A stretch of 62,240 bases of DNA, the filler included, from Nemertoderma westbladi (lineage: Eukaryota; Animalia; Xenacoelomorpha), in NCBI GenBank assembly GCA_032718475.1. It is 3 parts of 3 records of this genome, joined end to end, with 100 filler letters (N's around TTAATTAATTAA, not from the genome) between each part and the next. Parts side by side here need not be neighbours in the genome. Positions count along the whole stretch, not along the records: positions 25,625 to 50,767 come from JAUCBJ010002185.1; positions 50,868 to 62,240 come from JAUCBJ010004478.1; 1 more part is not named here. The stretch is one strand, 5' to 3'. The notes under the pieces were generated by a model. The model had not been told where the DNA came from and ran no database searches. It worked only from the letters and a program-made list of their open reading frames with translations. A program made the translations under genes and the position numbers. The first letter of the stretch is position 1; every line of letters starts with the position of its first letter. Positions 49,472 through 62,240 of the stretch are shown here, in pieces.

Positions 49472-49830
49472 TGGGGGCGTTCATAAAGTACGCCACGCAC
49501 TGGGGGGGGGGGGGGAGGGGGGTGTCGATCTTGCGTGACATTTTGTGACAGAATAGGGAGGGGGGAGGGCGTGGGGGTGGTTTGTCGACTTTTGTAAATG
49601 TCACGGCGATGTTCTATACTCAAAAACATTGTGTATTGTTGAGATAAGATATTTTTGTAGAGTTCGGTAGAGAGGGTTATGAAAGCGTAACCACCACACC
49701 TGTTCACGCCAGGAGGTTTCCAAACACTAGGCCATATGTAGTACCAAGGTCGATCCTCCAGATGATAACGGCCGTAAGTGTCTGAAGGTGAAGATATCTA
49801 CATCTAAGGGGCCGTACATAAATAACGCTA
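49472..49830 (+). mobile_element. Zator-like MITE terminal fragments
   Basis: GGGGCGTTCATAAAGTACG at ~49474 and TAAGGGGCCGTACATAAATAACG at ~49805. The matching opposite ends were not identified. Confidence 0.35.
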
Positions 49831-50767
49831 CGATTTGTTCAGCTAACCCCCCCCCCCCCCCCCCCCCCCTCCACCTCCCCATATATAACATATTTTAAAT
49901 GAAATTATTTATCTTTAAAAGACATGTTTATCTTGCTATTATTATGTTATGTCTTATGTTTATAAAGACATATCGTCGAGTCTTGTTTGACACATAATTT
50001 TTTATCAAAAACTGGGCCCATAATAATTTCATTTTAATGAAAGTTTCATTTTTTAATAACCCCAATATATTTTAAAATAAAATTTATAGAGATCTATAAA
50101 ATTGCCCATCATTACAGTATTATTACCCACAAAATTAGACCGCACAACACTTTAACTAAATATTTAGTGCGGGAGGCTAAAAAGTTTTATCATGCAAATG
50201 GAAGTATATTTTAGAAGCACCACTTCAGTAGACTATTTCACAAAAAAAGAATCTTGCAATTTCAATAAGCCTTCCTGCCAAAAAAATGTTTTGCAAACTA
50301 CTGCTGGAAATTCCGTGTCACAGAAAATAATAGTAAAGATTAGTTATACATATATATAAATAAATATTATATAATATACCAGTAAAAAATATAATAGTAA
50401 TACAGTAATAAAAAAAATAACAAAAATAAATCTATTATATTACTAATATTGTCTATAAACAATTATCTGACTATAAAAAGTTAAAATTACTTCGGAATGT
50501 CTCTGCTAGTCTCTCTCTCTGAATGTCTCTATGTCATCAAAAAGTGGTCCTAATTACCTTCCGTCAGTCACGTTTGCGAAATATCTAATAATTTTTTTAT
50601 TAACAAACATTACACCAAGTAATTTTTTTTGGTAATGCACATGGATGAACTCTACCCAAAAATGCATTTGAAAATTTGGCTTGCCATTAACTCACTCAAG
50701 TGAATGCAGTTAAGTAATTCGATTTTCTGTCAGTCACATTTTGAATTAATCAATAATCGCCAGGACT

Positions 50768-50867
50768 NNNNNNNNNNNNNNNNNNNNNNNNNNNNNNNNN
50801 NNNNNNNNNNNTTAATTAATTAANNNNNNNNNNNNNNNNNNNNNNNNNNNNNNNNNNNNNNNNNNNN
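50768..50867. other. Assembly gap, 100 bp with TTAATTAATTAA linker
   Basis: N44-TTAATTAATTAA-N44. Confidence 0.97.
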
Positions 50868-51286
50868 ATCTCTCTGCTGAGGACACCAAATCTCTGGATG
50901 GCACATTCACAAGAATGCTACGCCGGGTTCATTGTGTCAAGTACAATGCACACATCTCCAACCAGACACTATATAACATTGGAGGTGTCTCATTGGTTCC
51001 TCCAAGCTTGACACTAGAACAAAATCGCCTCCGCTTTGCAGGACAATGCTTTCGCCGTGAGGACCAGCCAGTGCATAATCTTGTACTTTGGCAGCCTCAT
51101 GGAGTGAATAAGCATGGTGGACAGCCCATGACTTTCTTGACACGCATATTAAAGGACACTGGCCTTGAAGATGCGGATGATCTAGCAAATGTCATGGGTG
51201 ATAGGGAGTTGTGGCGGTGCAATTTTGTCGATAAGCCGGCACAGCATTCTGAAAAATGCAGCTGCAATGCAGCATGCCGATCCTAG
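50868..51286 (+). pseudogene. 3' end of an RTE-clade LINE ORF
   Basis: LDGTFTRMLR, RLRFAGQCFR, LVLWQP, KDTGL and MGDRELWR. Confidence 0.8.
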
Positions 51287-53460
51287 TAGTTCAGCCTACT
51301 CCTGGATGGAATGAATTCCTTAAAGATAAATATCAGGAATCACGATTATTTTTCCGCCTTTGGAGAATGAATGGGTGCCCCCGACCCGGACCAATTTTCT
51401 ATGAATATATAAATTCGAAATTTGAGTTTAAACGTGCTCTAAAGCAGTGTAAGCGCAATGACAGTAAGTTACGTGCTGATAAACTTGCAGAGTTGCTGTA
51501 TTCTGAGAAACAAAACGATTTCTGGAAAAATGTTAAAAAACATTGTAATACGAAAGTTCCTCAGTCTAGTAAAGTTGGTAACGCGATTGGAGAGGAGGAC
51601 ATTTGCAATCTATTCCACGAAAAGTTCTCTAATTTGAATAACAAAGTTAACAGCGACTCTGACAAAGAGATGGTAGAGAATCCTTTTAAGGGTATTAAAT
51701 ACGATAAACGAATGACCATTACTACTGTTGAAATCGCATTGGCTGTAGATAACTTATCCCCTGGTAAAGTTGGTAGTTGGACCTGATGGTCTGGTCAGTG
51801 AGCATTACACCAATGGTACGGCTGGTTTGTTTTCTCACTTAGCGATATTTTATACCATTGCCAATTTCCACGGCTATGTCTCTGATGACCACATGCGATG
51901 TAACATTCTGCCCATTGTAAAGGATAAGAATGATGACATTACAAGTTTTGATAATTACAGAGGGATAGCATTAGCAAATATAAGTAGTAAAATTCTAGAA
52001 CTAGTATATCTGAGTAGATTTAAGGAAAAACTTAACACATCTGATTCACATTTCGGTTTCAAAGCTAAATTAGGCACGGAACTCTGTGTATATACTTTAA
52101 AAGAAATAATACAGTACTATTTAGATAACGACAGTTTACGATTGTTTTATTGATTCATCTAAAGCTTTTGATTTAGTTAATCACTACAAGCTGCTTTCTA
52201 AGTTAATAAAGCGCGACATTCCGTTATTTTATATTAGGTTAATTAGGTACTGGTATAGGTTTCAAAGTTTGGCAGTTAGGTGGGGCGGGTGCACTTCATG
52301 TAGGTTTAACGTAACTAACGGGACGAAACAGGGGGGTATCTTATCAGGTTACTTATATGCACTGTATATGGACGACTTAAGTATTGAACTTAACCAGAGT
52401 AACGTAGGATGTCAATTAAATAATAAGCGCTGTAACCATTTAATGTATGCAGATGACCTTAGTTTGGTTTCAAACTCTATTTACGGACTTAAGAAACTTA
52501 TAGCTACATACTCAGACTACGCAGATAGGCACTCAATAGTTATTAATGTAAAGAAGTCAAAGTTCATGTATTTCATACCAAAGTCTTACAAAAACACTCT
52601 CGTATATATTATTTTGATTAATGGTAGGGTTCTTGATACAGTAAGTAAATACAAGATGATAGCTCTGACATACTGAATCAACTATCAAGTCTTTACCGGC
52701 GGGGAAATTTTTTAATTAGGAAATTCTATCACTGCTCTCAATCTGTTAAAGTTAGGCTTTTTCGCTCTTTCTGCTCTCAAGTTTACTGCATATCTCTTTG
52801 GGCTGGGCGTAATTACAGCATTTCTATTTATGACAGATTCAATGTTGCATATAATAATATAATTAGGAAGCTTTTTGATTTCAAATATGATTGTAGTGTA
52901 TCTTACATGTGTGGGGTACCAAAACTAGTTCATATCCTTTACAATGCTCGACAGTCCTTGTTGCGCCGTGTGAGGTCATCAGAGAATGAGATAGTCCAAA
53001 CAGTAGCACTTACTACTTTTCGCTCCAGCCGTATAATTGGTGCCGGTGCAGTTTAATAGATTATATATTGTACTTTGTAATATTATTCAGAATTATTTTA
53101 TACAGAATATAATTATTGTATTCTGTAATATTGTATTTTTAATATTGTTGTGTATTGTTTATTCAGTTTTTCGACATTGTGTGTGTGTACTATTCTTATG
53201 TAATATTGTATTTTTAATATTGTTGTGTATTGTTTATTCAGTTTTTCGACATTGTGTGTGTGTACTATTCCCGGCTCGGGCAGGTATTCCCTTAATTCAC
53301 GTTATTTATTATTTTTTGTTCATAATTTTTATTATTAGTTAATTAAATACCGTAATTTTTTGTGCTCTGAACTTACTGTTTAACCTACTTACTTACTTAC
53401 TACTGTTTTTACTGTATTTTATGGGCCATAGTGGGCCTGGATTAAACATTAAGTGAGAGA
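51287..53460 (+). mobile_element. 5'-truncated, frameshifted CR1/L2-group LINE
   Basis: PGWNE, NYRGIAL, HFGFK, DSSKAFD, GTKQGG and MYADD. The 3'UTR has a 75-bp tandem duplication (53124-53270) and ATGGGCC...GGCCTGGATTAAA. Confidence 0.85.
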
Positions 53461-53499
53461 AGACTTACAACAAATAAAACGACATTGTGTGGTGTCAAA

Positions 53500-53578
53500 A
53501 AGTTACATTTTTTGTCTCGCTTTCTTATTTGTCTCGCTACGCTCGGCAAATAATAATGCTGGACAAAAAAGGCCACTT
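53500..53578. repeat. Degraded palindrome centred on CTCGCTACGCTCG
   Basis: TTTTTTGTC...TTATTTG arm pairs with CAAATAA...GACAAAAAA. Confidence 0.7.
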
Positions 53579-54333
53579 AATATTTATTATGTTACTGTGA
53601 ACTCGACAATAGTGATACGGTAGACCTCAAGTTCGGAAGTAATCTGTGACGATGAAAACCTTCGATAAGGTTGGGCCGACTGGAAATACTTTATACGCTG
53701 TTATATAGGTCCGCCATCGACAACCGATCGGTACTTTTTCGATAGAAAAAGTTTAAAATATCCATAAGAAAGAGTTTTTTGTGACCATCCCCCCACCCCC
53801 TTACCCATAGTCCTTCCTAATTTTTTCCAAATTTCTTCCAAAGTTTTTCAGAACTACATTCCCAGTACCTTAAATCATCCCATTAAATCATAAAATAATG
53901 TGAGAAATAATTATGTTTAAATAAATATTTCGAGTAATGAATTTAATCGTAAGATTATTTGAGTACAATAACAGTCGATAATATAACTGTATCACAAACT
54001 TAATCCATAAAGAGTCTCTTCTAGATACAAGCTACATTAAATTGGTTAAAATCTGTAACACACCATTCTAAGTATATAATTAAAATGAGTCACACAATGT
54101 GAGATCAACCTTTAGGATTGAAGAGTTTTTGTCAAAAAAATAAAATACTTTGATGAGTAATTGATTATCATTATCACATCTTCGAATTGATGAGGAATTG
54201 ATTATCATTATCACTTCTTCGAATTACCCAAACACACGATTTTGTATACAGCGGTGCCCAAGATAACCCTATTGCCCCCCGTTGCTGTGCATTCCTCTGC
54301 GTTTTACCCCATTTGTGGACGGACCTGCTTCAC

Positions 54334-57241
54334 CTACGTCGCACCGGTTGTTTCTTCGGTCGCACCGGACTGCTAGACACATCGGAACTTCCGCTACTAC
54401 TCGACCCAGATGACGAACTTCCGGATGAACTACTCCCAGAGTCGCTGCTAGATCCGGAGCTATCTGATGACGAAGACGACGAGGAAGATGATGACGCTAC
54501 TCGTCTGTGGAGTTTCCTCTTCGGAACCTGAGTGACACGTTGCTTAGTAACTACCGATTGTCTCTCTTCCCCTGATGAAGGGGACCATCTGCGACGTCGA
54601 CGGGGCTGACTGACGAGGGATTTACTTCGGGACCTCGTCAACCGCCGTCGGGGACTCGGTTCTCGTCCGAGTCTCTCGCGGACTGTCGCCTCCGACCGTT
54701 TACTCACCGCGAGTGCATCGCGGACCACACTGACCAGCTCGGGATCGCGACCACCCCGAGCACGCCGCTCATCTTGCTCGATGGTCACCTCGAGGTCGCG
54801 GCCGCTACTCGACCGTCTAGTCACCCCACTGCGGCGTTTAGGGGACCGGGTTCTCAGTTGCCCCGGAGACATAGATTGACGGGTGTCACGCTCTTCTGTG
54901 GAAGATCTCCTACGTCGACGAGGTGGTGGCGTTGGCGATGCTCTACGACGCCTTTTCTCAGGAGTAATGGATCGTTTACGCCGCCCTGGACTTCGTCGAC
55001 GCTTTACAGAAGATGGTGAGGGTCCACGGCGTCTCTCCGGAGTTCGTGAGCGTCCACGGCGTCTCTCCGGAGTTCGTGAGCGTCCACGGTGTCTCTCTGG
55101 AGTTCGTGAGCGTCCACGGCGTCTCTCCGGTGTTCGTGAGCGTCCACGGCGTCTCTCCGGTGTTCGTGACCGTCCACGGCGTCTCTCCGGGGTTCGTGAG
55201 CGTCCACGGCGTCTCTCCGGGGTTCGTGAACGTCCACGGCGTCTCTCCGGGGTTCGTGAACGTCCACGGCGTCTGGCCTGAGATCGCGAGCGTCGGCGCC
55301 TTTCTGGAGTACGCCTGCGCCTCTCGGGAGAGGGAGATCGCCTCCTGTTTCCTTCGGGGGAGGGAGAGTATCTGCGTTTAACAGGTGTGTAGGAGCGCTT
55401 CCGTTTAACAGGGGAAATACGGTTCTTACTCTCTGGAGTTCGGGATCGCTTGTGATATTTTTCGGGAGTTAACGACCGTCTGTGGCGTTTCTCTGGTGTA
55501 GGGGAGATTCTGTGACGTTTCTCAGGACTAGGGGAGTATCTGTGGCCTTTCTCAGGAGTGGTAGAATGCCTACTTTTTAGTGTGGTAGGGAAGCTCCTCT
55601 GCTTTACAGGAGATCGTGAGATCTGATGCGGACTAATAGATGATGAGCGTCTAAGCCGACGATTAGTTGTAACAGGCGACTTAACCTTAGGAGATTTGGA
55701 ATATGATCGCCGTCGCTTAGGTGAGATAGAAGGAGAATGTTTTGATGTTTTGGACGATTGTTTACGGCGTCGGCGTGATACAGTAGGTGATTTTGCTGGT
55801 AGTTCCACTGTGAATTTTTCCACCTCGTTAATTGATTTGGGGCCATAAGAACCAGAAACTGGAAGGACTTTAGATACAACAGGAGGCGATGATTCTCTAT
55901 TTACTTCCTGAGACGCACTACGTCTTGACTTCGACGTTATCTGCTGGAAAGTTTGTCGCTCTTGATGATCATCACTACCTGAAATAACTTGGTCCCCCGT
56001 GGGAGATTTGGATTTTTCCAAGAATCCATTAATGCTGAACCGGGATGAATTTAACTGAAGCAAATTTGGGGGCGATTTGTGACGATTTTCATCTGATTGA
56101 ATATGATTTGGTGACATTATCATGTTGTCACCTTTAGATTCATTGAGACACATATCTTCATCTTTGCTAACCGCAGGAAGGATGCTATGAGAAGGTGATA
56201 CACTTGGCATGTGTGACAACCTGTTATCACAAGCAGTAGAGGTATGCGCTTGATCATCACTTACATCCTTCTCCACACCAGAAGCACCAGTCTCCCCAAT
56301 GACATCTACACCATCACTCGTCTCTACTATGCCTCTGTCTAAGATGTCCTCAATATCAAAGCCTTGAACGCTTTGCTCCCCATATACCGCGATGGTACTG
56401 AAGTTATCAGCCACATCTTTCTCATCATCGGCGTTATCATTATCTAGACCTATTGCTGAATACGGACCATTATCAATCTTAGCTATATTTACGGAGGAGC
56501 CACCAATACCGCATTCCTCACCATTTAGCTCACCTTCTCCTGTGTCATTATCAATAGTCTTGACTTTGTCAAGATCATTATCATTTTTAATAGCAAAGCT
56601 CGATTCCACGTAGTGCTTACGAGCCTCCTCTCTCAACCCACTGATCAAGTTAACACCAACACAAACCTTACCTGAATAGTCATCCAGTTGATCTTCTCGT
56701 CTGGTTTGTCTACATTCTACACCACTTTCACCAACACTATCACCAGCCTCATCAGATTCACCCCCTCCCAACATACCACTCAATTGTTTTATTACCCCCT
56801 TATCACCACTAACTTTACCCACTACCCCCTTACCACCAGATTGACCCCTAATCTTATTTCCACCAGAGACCTCCTTATCCCTATTATTATGGCCCTTATT
56901 CACATCTTTACCTCTCACCTTAGACGCCATTTTGATTTTTCTAGTGACAACTAAACTACCGACACTATTGTTTGCGCCGTCTACCGGTAACACTTTGACA
57001 CTCCTATTAACACCCCCTTCAGCACCACGATCTGCGCCCTTGACACCCCGGTCTGACACCTTACGATCTCCCCCATGTTTACTAAGCCCGTGCCCCACCT
57101 CTACCCTACTATCGATACTACGACTTTTCGTCTGCTTGGCAACCACGCTCCGTAAAGGCTTTCCATCATCGCCATCATCCAGACCGATGCCTGGACTGAC
57201 GATACTCTTAATAAGTTTTTCTTTCTTCGTTTTTATATCAG
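54334..57241 (-). CDS. Large coding exon of a serine/arginine-rich (SRRM2/SON-like) protein
   Basis: Open frame of ~970 codons. Acceptor TTTAGTTTTCTATTTATGTTTCAG| lies just before 57241, in frame with the ORF. Candidate donor AG|GTGAAG at 54333, otherwise a stop at 54330. It has RS/SP-rich and poly-Ser tracts but no folded domain to assign orthology. Confidence 0.7.
55021..55275 (-). repeat. Coding 30-bp tandem repeat, ~8.5 units (RRGRSRTPER)
   Basis: Directly visible. Unit variation is mostly at third codon positions of the minus-strand frame. Confidence 0.92.
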
Positions 57242-57319
57242 CTGAAACATAAATAGAAAACTAAATAAAGCCCAAATGTACTGAAAGATGCCCGTTGAGG
57301 TGTAATAAAATCAATCAAA

Positions 57320-60300
57320 AGGGGTGGTTGGGGGGTTACAGGAGGAGGGGGGTTGGAGGTTACAGGAGGGCGGTGGTTGGAGGTTACAGGAGGAGGGTGG
57401 TTGGAGGTTACAGGAGGGAGGGTGGGGGGGGGGGGGGGGGGTTGGTTGGAGGTTACAGAAGGTGGGTGTTAGGGTTAGAGGTTACAGGACGAGGGGGGTT
57501 GGAGGTTACAGGAGGAGGGGGGTTGGAGGTTACAGGAGGAGGGGGGTTGGAGGTTACAGGAGGAGGGGGAGTTGGAGGTAACAGGAGGAGGGGGTTGGAG
57601 GTTACAGGAGGAGGGTGGTTGGAGGTTACAGAAGGAGGGTGTTAGGGTTAGAGGTTACAGGAGGAGGGTGGTTGGAGGTTACAGGAGGAGGGGGGTTGGA
57701 GGTTACAGGAGGAGGGGGGTTGGAGGTTACAGGAGGAGGGGGGTTGGAGGTTACAGGAGGAGGGGGGTTGGAGGTTACAGGAGGAGGGGGGTTGGAGGTT
57801 ACAGAGGAGGGTGGTTGGAGGTTACAGGAGGAGGGGGGTTGGAGGTTGCAGGAGGAGGGGGGTTGGAGGTTACAGGAGGAGGGGGGTTGGAGGTTACAGA
57901 GGTGGGTGGTTGGAGGTTACAGGAGGGGGGGTTGGAGGTTACAGAGGTGGGGGGTTGGAGGTTACAGGAGGAAGGGGGTTGGAGGTTACAGAAGGTGGAG
58001 GGGGGGTTGGAGGTTACAGGAGGAGGGGGGTTGGAGGTTACAGGAGGAGGGGGGTTGGAGGTTACAGGAGGAGGGGGGTTGGAGGGTTACAGGAGGAGGG
58101 GGGTTGGAGGTTACAGGAGGAGGGGGGTTGGAGGTTACAAGGTGGAGGGGGGTTGGAGGTTACAGGAGGGGGGGGTTGGAGGTTACAGGAGGAGGGGGGT
58201 TGGAGGGTTACAGGAGGAGGGGGGTTGGAGGTTACAGGAGGAGGGGGGTTGGAGGTTACAGGAGGAGGGGGGTTGGAGGTTACAGGAGGAGGGGGGTTGG
58301 AGGTTACAGGAGGAGGGGGGTTGGAGGGTTACAGGAGGAGGGGGGTTGGAGGGTTACAGGAGGAGGGGGGTTGGAGGTTACAGGAGGAGGGGGGTTGGAG
58401 GTTACAGGAGGAGGGGGGTTGGAGGTTACAGGAGGAGGGGGTTGGAGGGTTACAGGAGGAGGGGGGTTGGAGGTTACAGGAGGAGGGGGGTTGGAGGTTA
58501 CAGGAGGAGGGAGGGTTGGAGGTTACAGGAGGAGGGGGGTTGGAGGTTACAGGAGGAGGGGGGTTGGAGGGTTACAGGAGGAGGGGGGTTGGAGGTTACA
58601 GGAGGAGGGGGGTTGGAGGTTACAGGAGGAGGGGGGTTGGAGGTTACAGGAGGAGGGGGGTTGGAGGGTTACAGGAGGAGGGGGGTTGGAGGGTTACAGG
58701 AGGAGGGGGGTTGGAGGTTACAGGAGGAGGGGGGTTGGAGGTTACAGGAGGAGGGGGGTTGGAGGTTACAGGAGGAGGGGGGTTGGAGGTTACAGGAGGA
58801 GGGGGGTTGGAGGGTTACAGGAGGAGGGGGGTTGGAGGGTTACAGGAGGAGGGGGGTTGGAGGGTTACAGGAGGAGGGGGGTTGGAGGTTACAGGAGGAG
58901 GGGGGTTGGAGGTTACAGGAGGAGGGGGGTTGGAGGGTTACAGGAGGAGGGGGGTTGGAGGGTTACAGGAGGAGGGGGGTTGGAGGTTACAGGAGGAGGG
59001 GGGTTGGAGGTTACAGGAGGAGGGGGGTTGGAGGTTACAGGAGGAGGGGGGTTGGAGGTTACAGGAGGAGGGGGGTTGGAGGTTACAGGAGGAGGGGGGT
59101 TGGAGGGTTACAGGAGGAGGGGGGTTGGAGGTTACAGGAGGAGGGGGGTTGGAGGTTACAGGAGGAGGGGGGTTGGAGGGTTACAGGAGGAGGGGGGTTG
59201 GAGGGTTACAGGAGGAGGGGGGTTGGAGGTTACAGGAGGAGGGGGGTTGGAGGTTACAGGAGGAGGGGGGTTGGAGGGTTACAGGAGGAGGGGGGTTGGA
59301 GGTTACAGGAGGAGGGGGGTTGGAGGTTACAGGAGGAGGGGGGTTGGAGGTTACAGGAGGAGGGGGGTTGGAGGTTACAGGAGGAGGGGGGTTGGAGGTT
59401 ACAGGAGGAGGGGGGTTGGAGGGTTACAGGAGGAGGGGGGTTGGAGGTTACAGGAGGAGGGGGGTTGGAGGGTTACAGGAGGAGGGGGGTTGGAGGGTTA
59501 CAGGAGGAGGGGGGTTGGAGGGTTACAGGAGGAGGGGGGTTGGAGGTTACAGGAGGAGGGGGGTTGGAGGGTTACAGGAGGAGGGGGGTTGGAGGTTACA
59601 GGAGGAGGGGGGTTGGAGGTTACAGGAGGAGGGGGGTTGGAGGTTACAGGAGGAGGGGGGTTGGAGGGTTACAGGAGGAGGGGGGTTGGAGGTTACAGGA
59701 GGAGGGGGGTTGGAGGGTTACAGGAGGAGGGGGGTTGGAGGTTACAGGAGGAGGGGGGTTGGAGGTTACAGGAGGAGGGGGGTTGGAGGTTACAGGAGGA
59801 GGGGGGTTGGAGGTTACAGGAGGAGGGGGGTTGGAGGGTTACAGGAGGAGGGGGGTTGGAGGGTTACAGGAGGAGGGGGGTTGGAGGTTACAGGAGGAGG
59901 GGGGTTGGAGGTTACAGGAGGAGGGGGGTTGGAGGTTACAGGAGGAGGGGGGTTGGAGGGTTACAGGAGGAGGGGGGTTGGAGGGTTACAGGAGGAGGGG
60001 GGTTGGAGGTTACAGGAGGAGGGGGGTTGGAGGTTACAGGAGGAGGGGGGTTGGAGGTTACAGGTAGGAGGGGGGTTGGAGGGTTACAGGAGGAGGGGGG
60101 TTGGAGGGTTACAGGAGGAGGGGGGTTGGAGGTTACAGGAGGAGGGGGGTTGGAGGTTACAGGAGGAGGGGGGTTGGAGGTTACAGGAGGAGGGGGGTTG
60201 GAGGTTACAGGAGGAGGGGGGTTGGAGGGTTACAGGAGGAGGGGGGTTGGAGGTTACAGGAGGAGGGGGGTTGGAGGTTACAGGAGGAGGGGGGTTGGAG

Positions 60301-62240
60301 GGTTACAGGAGGAGGGGGGTTGGAGGTTACAGGAGGAGGGGGGTTGGAGGTTACAGGAGGAGGGGGGTTGGAGGGTTACAGGAGGAGGGGGGTTGGAGGT
60401 TACAGGAGGAGGGGGGTTGGAGGGTTACAGGAGGAGGGGGGTTGGAGGGTTACAGGTGGAGGGGGGTTGGAGGGTTACAGGAGGAGGGGGGTTGGAGGTT
60501 ACAGGAGGAGGGGGGTTGGAGGTTACAGGAGGAGGGGGGTTGGAGGGTTACAGGAGGAGGGGGGTTGGAGGGTTACAGGAGGAGGGGGGTTGGAGGTTAC
60601 AGGAGGAGGGGGGTTGGAGGTTACAGGAGGAGGGGGGTTGGAGGTTACAGGAGGAGGGGGGTTGGAGGGTTACAGGAGGAGGGGGGTTGGAGGGTTACAG
60701 GAGGAGGGGGGTTGGAGGGTTACAGGAGGAGGGGGGTTGGAGGTTACAGGAGGAGGGGGGTTGGAGGTTACAGGAGGAGGGGGGTTGGAGGGTTACAGGA
60801 GGAGGGGGGTTGGAGGGTTACAGGAGGAGGGGGGTTGGAGGTTACAGGAGGAGGGGGGTTGGAGGTTACAGGAGGAGGGGGGTTGGAGGGTTACAGGAGG
60901 AGGGGGGTTGGAGGTTACAGGAGGAGGGGGGTTGGAGGTTACAGGAGGAGGGGGGTTGGAGGGTTACAGGAGGAGGGGGGTTGGAGGGTTACAGGAGGAG
61001 GGGGGTTGGAGGTTACAGGAGGAGGGGGGTTGGAGGTTACAGGAGGAGGGGGGTTGGAGGTTACAGGTGGAGGGGGGTTGGAGGTTACAGGAGGAGGGGG
61101 GTTGGAGGTTACAGGAGGAGGGGGGTTGGAGGGTTACAGGAGGAGGGGGGTTGGAGGGTTACAGGAGGAGGGGGGTTGGAGGGTTACAGGAGGAGGGGGG
61201 TTGGAGGTTACAGGAGGAGGGGGGTTGGAGGGTTACAGGAGGAGGGGGGTTGGAGGGTTACAGGAGGAGGGGGGTTGGAGGTTACAGGAGGAGGGGGGTT
61301 GGAGGTTACAGGTGGAGGGGGGTTGGAGGGTTACAGGAGGAGGGGGGTTGGAGGTTACAGGAGGAGGGGGGTTGGAGGGTTACAGGAGGAGGGGGGTTGG
61401 AGGTTACAGGAGGAGGGGGGTTGGAGGTTACAGGAGGAGGGGGGTTGGAGGTTACAGGAGGAGGGGGGTTGGAGGTTACAGGAGGAGGGGGGTTGGAGGG
61501 TTACAGGAGGAGGGGGGTTGGAGGGTTACAGGAGGAGGGGGGTTGGAGGTTACAGGAGGAGGGGGGTTGGAGGTTACAGGTAGGAGGGGGGTTGGAGGTT
61601 ACAGGAGGAGGGGGGTTGGAGGTTACAGGAGGAGGGGGGTTGGAGGTTACAGGAGGAGGGGGGTTGGAGGGTTACAGGAGGAGGGGGTTGGAGGTTACAG
61701 GGAGGGGGTTGGAGGTTACAGGAGGAGGGGGGTTGGAGGGTTACAGGAGGAGGGGGGTTGGAGGGTTACAGGAGGAGGGGGGTTGGAGGGTTACAGGAGG
61801 AGGGGGGTTGGAGGGTTACAGGAGGAGGGGGGTTGGAGGTTACAGGAGGAGGGGGGTTGGAGGTTACAGGTAGGAGGGGGGTTGGAGGGTTACAGGAGGA
61901 GGGGGGTTGGAGGTTACAGGAGGAGGGGGGTTGGAGGTTACAGGAGGAGGGGGGTTGGAGGGTTACAGGAGGAGGGGGGTTGGAGGTTACAGGAGGAGGG
62001 GGGTTGGAGGTTACAGGAGGAGGGGGGTTGGAGGGTTACAGGAGGAGGGGGGTTGGAGGTTACAGGAGGAGGGGGGTTGGAGGTTACAGGAGGAGGGGGG
62101 TTGGAGGTTACAGGAGGAGGGGGGTTGGAGGTTACAGGAGGAGGGGGGTTGGAGGTTACAGGAGGAGGGGGGTTGGAGGTTACAGGAGGAGGGGGGTTGG
62201 AGGGTTACAGGAGGAGGGGGGTTGGAGGGTTACAGGAGGA
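57320..62240 (+). repeat. G-rich tandem array GGAGGAGGGGGGTTGGAGG(G)TTACA, 24/25-bp units, ~200 copies, runs off the window
   Basis: Directly visible. It is degenerate at the proximal edge, with TTAGGGTTAG at ~57468 and ~57642, and homogeneous distally. Confidence 0.97.

Noticed and set aside
29870-51286. RTE 5' part (29.9-30.8 kb) and RTE 3' part (50.9-51.3 kb) as one split element
   Set aside because: They are separated by an assembly gap, the RT core is missing, and their decay levels differ, so they cannot be linked.
54774-55381. Overlapping alternative-frame ORFs, and resemblance to a hepadnaviral core arginine-rich tail
   Set aside because: They are shadows of the 30-bp coding repeat. 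No capsid or polymerase sequence is nearby and the similarity is compositional.
57295-61873. Very long plus-strand ORFs (831, 1322, 590 aa)
   Set aside because: They are translations of a stop-free 24/25-bp tandem array that switch peptide with every 1-nt indel.

Overview
AT-rich, transposon-dense eukaryotic (probably invertebrate) genomic DNA made of three contigs joined by 100-bp N gaps with TTAATTAATTAA linkers. Most of it is nested mobile DNA: two P-element (THAP9-like) relics, several LINEs (one nearly intact CR1/L2-group element with a 1027-aa ORF2), RTE, Penelope, Harbinger and Academ relics, and a complete Sola2-type DNA transposon with TIRs and TSD. The only likely host sequence is a ~2.9-kb SR-rich coding exon, followed by a ~4.9-kb G-rich 24/25-bp array. 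The best candidate for an undescribed system is 5.66-17.55 kb. An internally deleted BEL/Pao retrotransposon is followed, in the env position, by a large extra gene ending before an LTR-like ...GCGAACA terminus. A second, inverted copy keeps the middle of that gene, which encodes a coiled coil, a DEDDy-type 3'-5' exonuclease, three CCHC knuckles and a basic tail. Also notable are a 2.2-kb non-coding element with 13-bp subterminal inverted repeats and a 133-bp terminal palindrome, and the telomere-like terminal array. All family calls come from motifs read by eye, with no database search. Boundaries marked ~ are approximate.
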